From positions 86,948-150,947 of the forward strand of contig CAVVNF010000026.1 of the NCBI GenBank assembly GCA_963749535.1: a stretch of DNA of 64,000 nucleotides, in the 5' to 3' direction. This DNA comes from an uncultured Thermoleophilia bacterium. GTDB lineage: Bacteria > Actinomycetota > Thermoleophilia > RBG-16-64-13. Shown here in pieces: positions 59,100 to 64,000 of the stretch. The position numbers were made by a program, and so were the translations under genes. Each line of letters opens with the position of its first letter. Within the stretch, counting starts at the first letter, position 1. The notes beneath the pieces are model-generated. The model was not told where the DNA came from. It did not search any database and worked only from the letters and a program-made list of their open reading frames with translations.

Positions 59100-61775
59100 T
59101 TCTCTCGCCGCCTGGTCCTCCGCCACTTGGCCGGGCCCTCGGCGCGGCCACCAGCTCCATCGCTTCAAGAGGACGATGATGGCCGGTACGACGGTGGTCC
59201 GGACCACGAACGTGTCGAGCAGCACCCCGAATGCCACGGCGAACCCGATCTGCAAGAGCCCCAGGATACTCGCGCTCATCATCGCTGCGAATGTGCCGGC
59301 CATGATGATACCGGCCGAGGTGATGATGCCGCCTGTTTTCGCCAGCGCGACCTGGGTGCCCTCTCTGGTGCCGCGTTTCGCTGCCTCCTCCTTCACCCGG
59401 CCGATGAGGAAGATGTTGTAGTCCATGCCCAGGGCGACCAGCATCACGAACATGAAGATAGGCACCCACCAGGTCAGCCCGGCCGCTCCGAGGATGTTGA
59501 CGAACAGGACTCTTACCACGCCAAGTGTCGCCGTGTAAGAAAGCAGAATGGTGAGGATCAGGTAGATCGGCGCGACGATCGCCCGAAGCAGGAGGAGCAG
59601 GACCACGAAGATCCCAGCGAGGACGAACACTATCGTACGGGTCATGTCCCTATTCGAGGCGTCCCGCAGGTCGAGCAAGACGGCTGAAGTGCCTTCCACC
59701 GCTCCGCTGACACCCACTGTCTGGAGGGTCTGACGCAATGCCGCCACCGTGGTCAACGCCTGCGGGGTGTAGGGGCCCACGCTGAGCACCACTTGGAATC
59801 GCGCCGCGGTGCCGTCACTTGAGACGTACGCGTCGTGCAGTGCTTTCAACCCCTCGTTGTTCTTCAGATAGATAGCCGGGAGCATTTGGGCATCGGGCTT
59901 CGCTGCGAAGCTTCGACCGAGCAGGGTCAGCCCGCGGCCGAGCTGTGCCAGGGCGGGCATCACTTGTGTAGAGATCGTGTCCGCTGTGACCCCCGACGCT
60001 GAGGGTGTCGCGCTTCGCCTACGCTACTGCCAGCACTTTCGCCGGTAGAGGCGCCGGCCGAACTTCCGTCCGTGCTTCCGCCTGTCGCGCCTGGAGAAAC
60101 CCCGGCCACTTTTGCCAAGCTGGTCAGTGCGGCGACCGACTGCATGTAGGCCGTATCTTGCAGTACCTCTGGGTATGCCCCCGCGAGCTGAGTCAGATAG
60201 CCATAGGTATCCAGCAGGCCCGACTCCGCCGTTTGAAGCAACGCGCTTGAGCCCGAACCCGAGGTCTGTGCTTGCTGCAGCTCCACCAATCCTTTGTTCA
60301 CTGCCTGCGCGAGGGTATCGAGTTGGCTCGAGACAGAGAGCGTGCTTTTGTCCGGAAGCGATGCCGTGAAACTGCGTACCTGGGCGACATCGCCCACTTT
60401 TGTGACTGCGGCTTGGATCTGTTCCAGCTTCGGCAAGACCGGCGGGAGAGTCGAAGCCTTTCGCGTCGAGCGCCAAGACGTTGATCGGCTGCATCACGCC
60501 AGGCCCTAGGTGCGCGGAAAGGACGTCGAAGCCTTGTCGGGTCGCGTCCGACTTGGGAAGGTCGCCGAGGAGGTCGAAGTCGCGGGCGAGCCCCAAGCCA
60601 TACACCGCGAGAGGGACCAGGATCACCACGGGGATGACGAGCGCCAGCACCGGCCGGCGGACAACACGGTGCGACCAACTGTTCCAGAAGCGGCCTTCCT
60701 TGAGATGTTGCGCTTTGCGCGGCCAGAACGTGCGCTTGCCCAGCAGGGTCAAGAGTGCGGGCGTGAAGGTCAAGGCGGCCAGCAGCGCGATGGCCACCCC
60801 GATCGCCAGGCTTGGGCCGCTGGTGTTGAACAATCCGAGCTCGGCCGATGCCATGGTCGCCAGCCCCACGATCACCGTGCCTGCGCTGGAGGCGATTGTC
60901 TCGCCGACCGAGCGGGTAGTCTTGCGCACCGCTCCCGCGGGCACGGGATCGTCCGCCATCTCCTCGCGGAAGCGGCTGATGAGGAAGAGGCAATAGTCGG
61001 TGCCGGCACCGAACAGGACCACGATGAGAAAGACGTTCGTATACATCGAGATGGTCAGCACATGTGCCCCAAGGAGAGCGACGACCCCGCGCGAGATGAT
61101 GTACGCGAGCCCGATGGTGGACAGGGGGACGATGGGGCTCACGGGCGACCGGTAGACGAGCAGGAGGATCACGATCACCAGGATGATGGTGATGAGAGTC
61201 GTGGAGTCGATACTGCCCTTGGTGTTGCCGTTGTATGCGGCGAGGATCGGGGCGTCCCCGGTGAGGTACGTCTTGACCCCCGCAGGCGCGGCGGCCATAT
61301 GCTGCTGGATCTGCGCCAGCGCGTCTTTGGTGATCTGCTGGCTGCCGATGGCGTTGAACCGCACGAGCACCAGCGCCACCTGCTTGTCGCTGCTCAGCAG
61401 ACTTGCCCTCGTCTGATCATCCCCGTAGGTGGGGGACCAGACCTGGTCCACAGCCTTCGGCGTGCTACTGCTGGTGAGCCACTTGGTGAGCGACTCGACG
61501 AACGTCAGCGGCTGCCCCTGGTCCGCGCGGTTGCCATTGCCCGCGTCGACCACGATCACCGCGCTGCTGGGGGAGACGTTGGCGGGGAAATACTTGGTCA
61601 CCATGGCGTTCGCGTCCAGGCTGGGGGCCGATTTGGCGAGGAAGGCGCGCTGGTCGGTAACGCCGACGTTGTTGATGTTGGGGGCGACGAGCGTGAGCAC
61701 GACGGCCAGGACGATCCAGCCGGCGATGATGAACCAACGAAAGCGAGTGGCGAAAGAACCCAGGCGTGCGAACAT
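59100..61775 (-). pseudogene. MMPL-family (RND superfamily) transporter interrupted by two frameshifts
   Basis: The N-terminal half is 61775-~60470; the middle is 60436-59960 in a second frame; the C-terminal TM domain (GMDYNIFLIGRVKEE...LLKRWSWWP) is in a third frame from 59963 down to ~59100. The exact 3' end is uncertain because the antisense of hutU is open. Confidence 0.7.
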
Positions 61776-61796
61776 CAGTCCACTACCCGGGACAAC

Positions 61797-64000
61797 CTAG
61801 GAGCGGTTGATCTTCTTGCGGCGTTTGTACGTCTTCGCCAGCTCCAGGAAGATGCCGACGTCACGGTCCAGATCGCTGTGCGTGCCGTCGAAGTAGAAGA
61901 CCCGGATGGGGATGCCATCGTGATCCTTGCTCACCACAGGATAGATGGCCTCGGTGACGATGCCGTTCATGCAGGTGAACGGGCTGATGTCGACGATGCC
62001 GTCCACGCCTTGCGAGTACATGTAGATGGCGCCGCCCGTGGAGAGGACCATCTCGCCGAGAGCGCCTTCCTGGGGAAGGTACGAGCGGGCATGCTCGAGA
62101 CCTTGGTGACGTGCGGCTCTTTGCGAGAGGCGAACATCTCGTGGAAGTCTTCCATCAGTGCTTTCTCATCATGGTGCATGATGCGAGCAGTGATAAAGGT
62201 TTTGAGCCAATCCTTGCCGAACCTGCGTTTTTCCTCGCGATATCGCCGGAAAGCCTCCTCGTTGGTGTACCAGACCCACTCGCCGACCCCGGCCAGCCAG
62301 CATTCGCCGCCCTGGGCCTCGATGTGCCGGATGAGCTCGTTGTTGGCGAACGTATTCAGCCGGCAGAAGATCTCGCCGACCACTCCTATGAGCGCGCGGT
62401 CTTCCGTACGGACTGGGATGGCGAGGAACGACTCTTTGACCCTGCCGAAGTGCAGCCTTGAGATCGGCCATGCGCTCCTTGTGACCGATACCTTGGCGGG
62501 CGAGCACGGAGCCGGTGAATTCCAGGCTCTCTAGATATACGCGGTCGGTCTGGCCGTGCTCGACCTCGTACGGTCTTGTCATGAGAAGCAGTTTCAGAAG
62601 GATGTCCTGCGCGACAACCGCGCGCCAAGCAGTACGGATCAATTCTTGCGCTTGGTCTCCGATGTCGGCGTAGCCATCCGCTGAAGTGAGCGAAAAGACG
62701 GCGAGGTCGCCGTGGTCGTGATCCTCGAGGATCCGCTCGAGCAGGGACGCATACTGGCCGAAGCGGCACGGACCGTTGGCTGTGGGCAGCAGGAAGGCGG
62801 TCTTCGCCGGGTCGAGCTGCTCGTCTTCGACCAGCTTCATGAAATCGCCCAGCACGATTCGCTGCGGATAGCACTCGTCGCCGGAAGTGTACTTGCCGCC
62901 AAGCTCGAGAGTCCGCAGATCTTCAGGCGGAGTGACCCGGGCGTCGTAGCCGATGGAGCGGAACGCGGCAGCCAGCAGATACGAGCCCCCGTACGGCATC
63001 CGGGGAAGCCAGAGGGTCCGTCCGGTGACGTCCGCTTTGTTCCTTGCGATCGGGCTATGGTCGGCGCCGCGCAGTGCAATGGGTTTGGGCAGCAAGGCGA
63101 GCGCCGCGGCCAGAGCCTCTTCAGAGCCCTTGCCGTTGTCATGGCCTAGCGTGGTGCGGGTGCCCACCTAGCCCTCCCTGACCGTTTCTTTCGGAACGTG
63201 CTCTCCGCGGGCCCACCAGCGCAGGAAGCCCTTGCTGTCCAGATAAGCTTCGCACCTCGTCATCGCCCCCGCGTCGTTGGTGTGCTCGTCGAACTGGAGG
63301 ATGAGGAACGGGTCGTGCGCCGCCGGCCGGATGAAGTGCTTGACGTACGAATCGGGTCCGCATTTGAAGTTGGTCATGTAGATGATATGCAGGTTGGGGT
63401 ACCGCGCTACCACCTTCGCCGCCTGCAAGATCTTGCGACCGTAGTTCCAGAACATGTTGGCGGTGATATCTCGGGTCTCGACTCTCCAAATGGGCAGGAA
63501 ATCGAGCGGGATGATGTTCACTCCGTAGTACCGGCGCAGTTTTGCGGGTATGTCCATGTTCACGCCGGAATCGTAGATATTGTACGGCCGGCCGACTAGG
63601 ACGATCCCCAGCTCGTCGTGCTCGGCGAGCGTGGCGAGGGCATCCGCCCCCGCGACAACCAACCGGGCCCGGAAGTCGCCCTGCGCGGCGTAGGCTTCTT
63701 TCAGCGCCTCGTCCACCGTCTTTTCCGGTACACCGAAACGCTTCATCGCCGGACGCAGAGCGTCTCGGATGTCGTCTGGTCCGCGGCGGAAGTGAAGCGT
63801 GGGCGCGAGGATGCGCTCACGATACCGCTGGAAGTGCGGGGCAAAGCCGATCACGTGGGGGAGCGTCTGTCCCCAGGGGCAAGCATGCGACTCGAGCTCA
63901 GGGTGGTCCGTCTCTTCGTTCAACTGATTCGGGACGAACACGAAGTCCGCTCCCTCCTCGAACAGTTCGGCCACGTGGCCATGAGCGACTCTTATCGGGA
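61797..64000 (-). pseudogene. 2-hydroxyacyl-CoA dehydratase / benzoyl-CoA reductase subunit-like (HgdB/BcrC family) and activase-related DUF2229-like protein, 3' part, split over at least four frames
   Basis: Segments are 63168-63974 (continues past the window), 62169-63167 (CYPQRIVLGD, ANGPCRFGQY), 62383-~62090 and 62051-61797 (C-terminus ...ISPFTCMNG...). The family assignment is from weak motif resemblance. Confidence 0.45.

Noticed and set aside
60510-62534. 674-aa plus-strand ORF
   Set aside because: Antisense to the MMPL and HgdB-like genes, with an Arg/Gly/Asp-rich composition; it is a GC-driven open frame.
1-64000. CRISPR arrays, tRNA/rRNA genes, and IS/transposase or integrase genes
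   Set aside because: No arrays of regularly spaced repeats, no tRNA cloverleaf candidates in the intergenic regions inspected, and no transposase or integrase ORFs were found.

Overview
This 64 kb window is high-GC (about 65%) bacterial chromosome with roughly 50 protein-coding genes and no rRNA, tRNA, CRISPR or recognisable IS elements. The gene content points to an anaerobic fermenting organism. MMPL and Lgt homologues and the absence of U-tracts after hairpins suggest an Actinobacteria-like lineage, but that is an inference. The identifiable modules, in order along the window, are:

- the 3' end of an ABC ATPase followed by a large ABC permease;
- a minus-strand acyl-CoA dehydrogenase-EtfB-EtfA-FixC-FixX operon;
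- an amino-acid/amide ABC substrate-binding protein gene with two frameshifts;
- a minus-strand 4-hydroxybutyryl-CoA dehydratase/vinylacetyl-CoA isomerase plus thiolase pair;
- an SDR reductase followed by a pyrogallol-phloroglucinol transhydroxylase-like molybdoenzyme operon (large subunit, a second divergent large-subunit paralog that is frameshifted, and a 4Fe-4S small subunit);
- a DUF4339 membrane protein and a subtilisin-like S8 peptidase, then lgt;
- a KaiC/RecA-like ATPase;
- a DsbA/FrnE-like oxidoreductase whose first active-site Cys codon is TGA (candidate selenoprotein);
- two Usp genes, a B12-binding radical SAM enzyme and a J-domain membrane protein;
- the queuosine precursor operon queF-queC-queD-queE;
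- alpha-glucan phosphorylase;
- a 1.3 kb non-coding stretch containing an AT-rich island, upstream of an HD-GYP membrane phosphodiesterase;
- an MFS transporter and a DUF1385 protein;
- a HIT / DUF296 / zinc-ribbon operon;
- a MoaD/ThiS-like small protein overlapping a macro-domain gene;
- archaeal-type phosphoglycerate mutase, rubredoxin, and a membrane H+/Na+-pyrophosphatase;
- tandem APC permease genes, one intact and one decayed;
- an orphan groES with a CIRCE operator;
- a histidine utilisation operon hutH-hutI-ftcD-hutU;
- a frameshifted MMPL transporter;
- the fragmented 3' part of a 2-hydroxyacyl-CoA dehydratase/activase-related (DUF2229-like) gene.

At least six genes carry multiple clustered frameshifts while neighbouring long genes are intact. 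This indicates either real pseudogenisation, notably of tandem duplicates, or localised assembly indels.

The observations I consider most worth a second look are the transhydroxylase-like Mo-enzyme module with its SDR partner, the UGA-containing DsbA-like gene, the ThiS-like/macro-domain overlapping pair, the FixABCX-linked acyl-CoA module, the tandem palindromic operator-like repeats, and the low-GC intergenic island.
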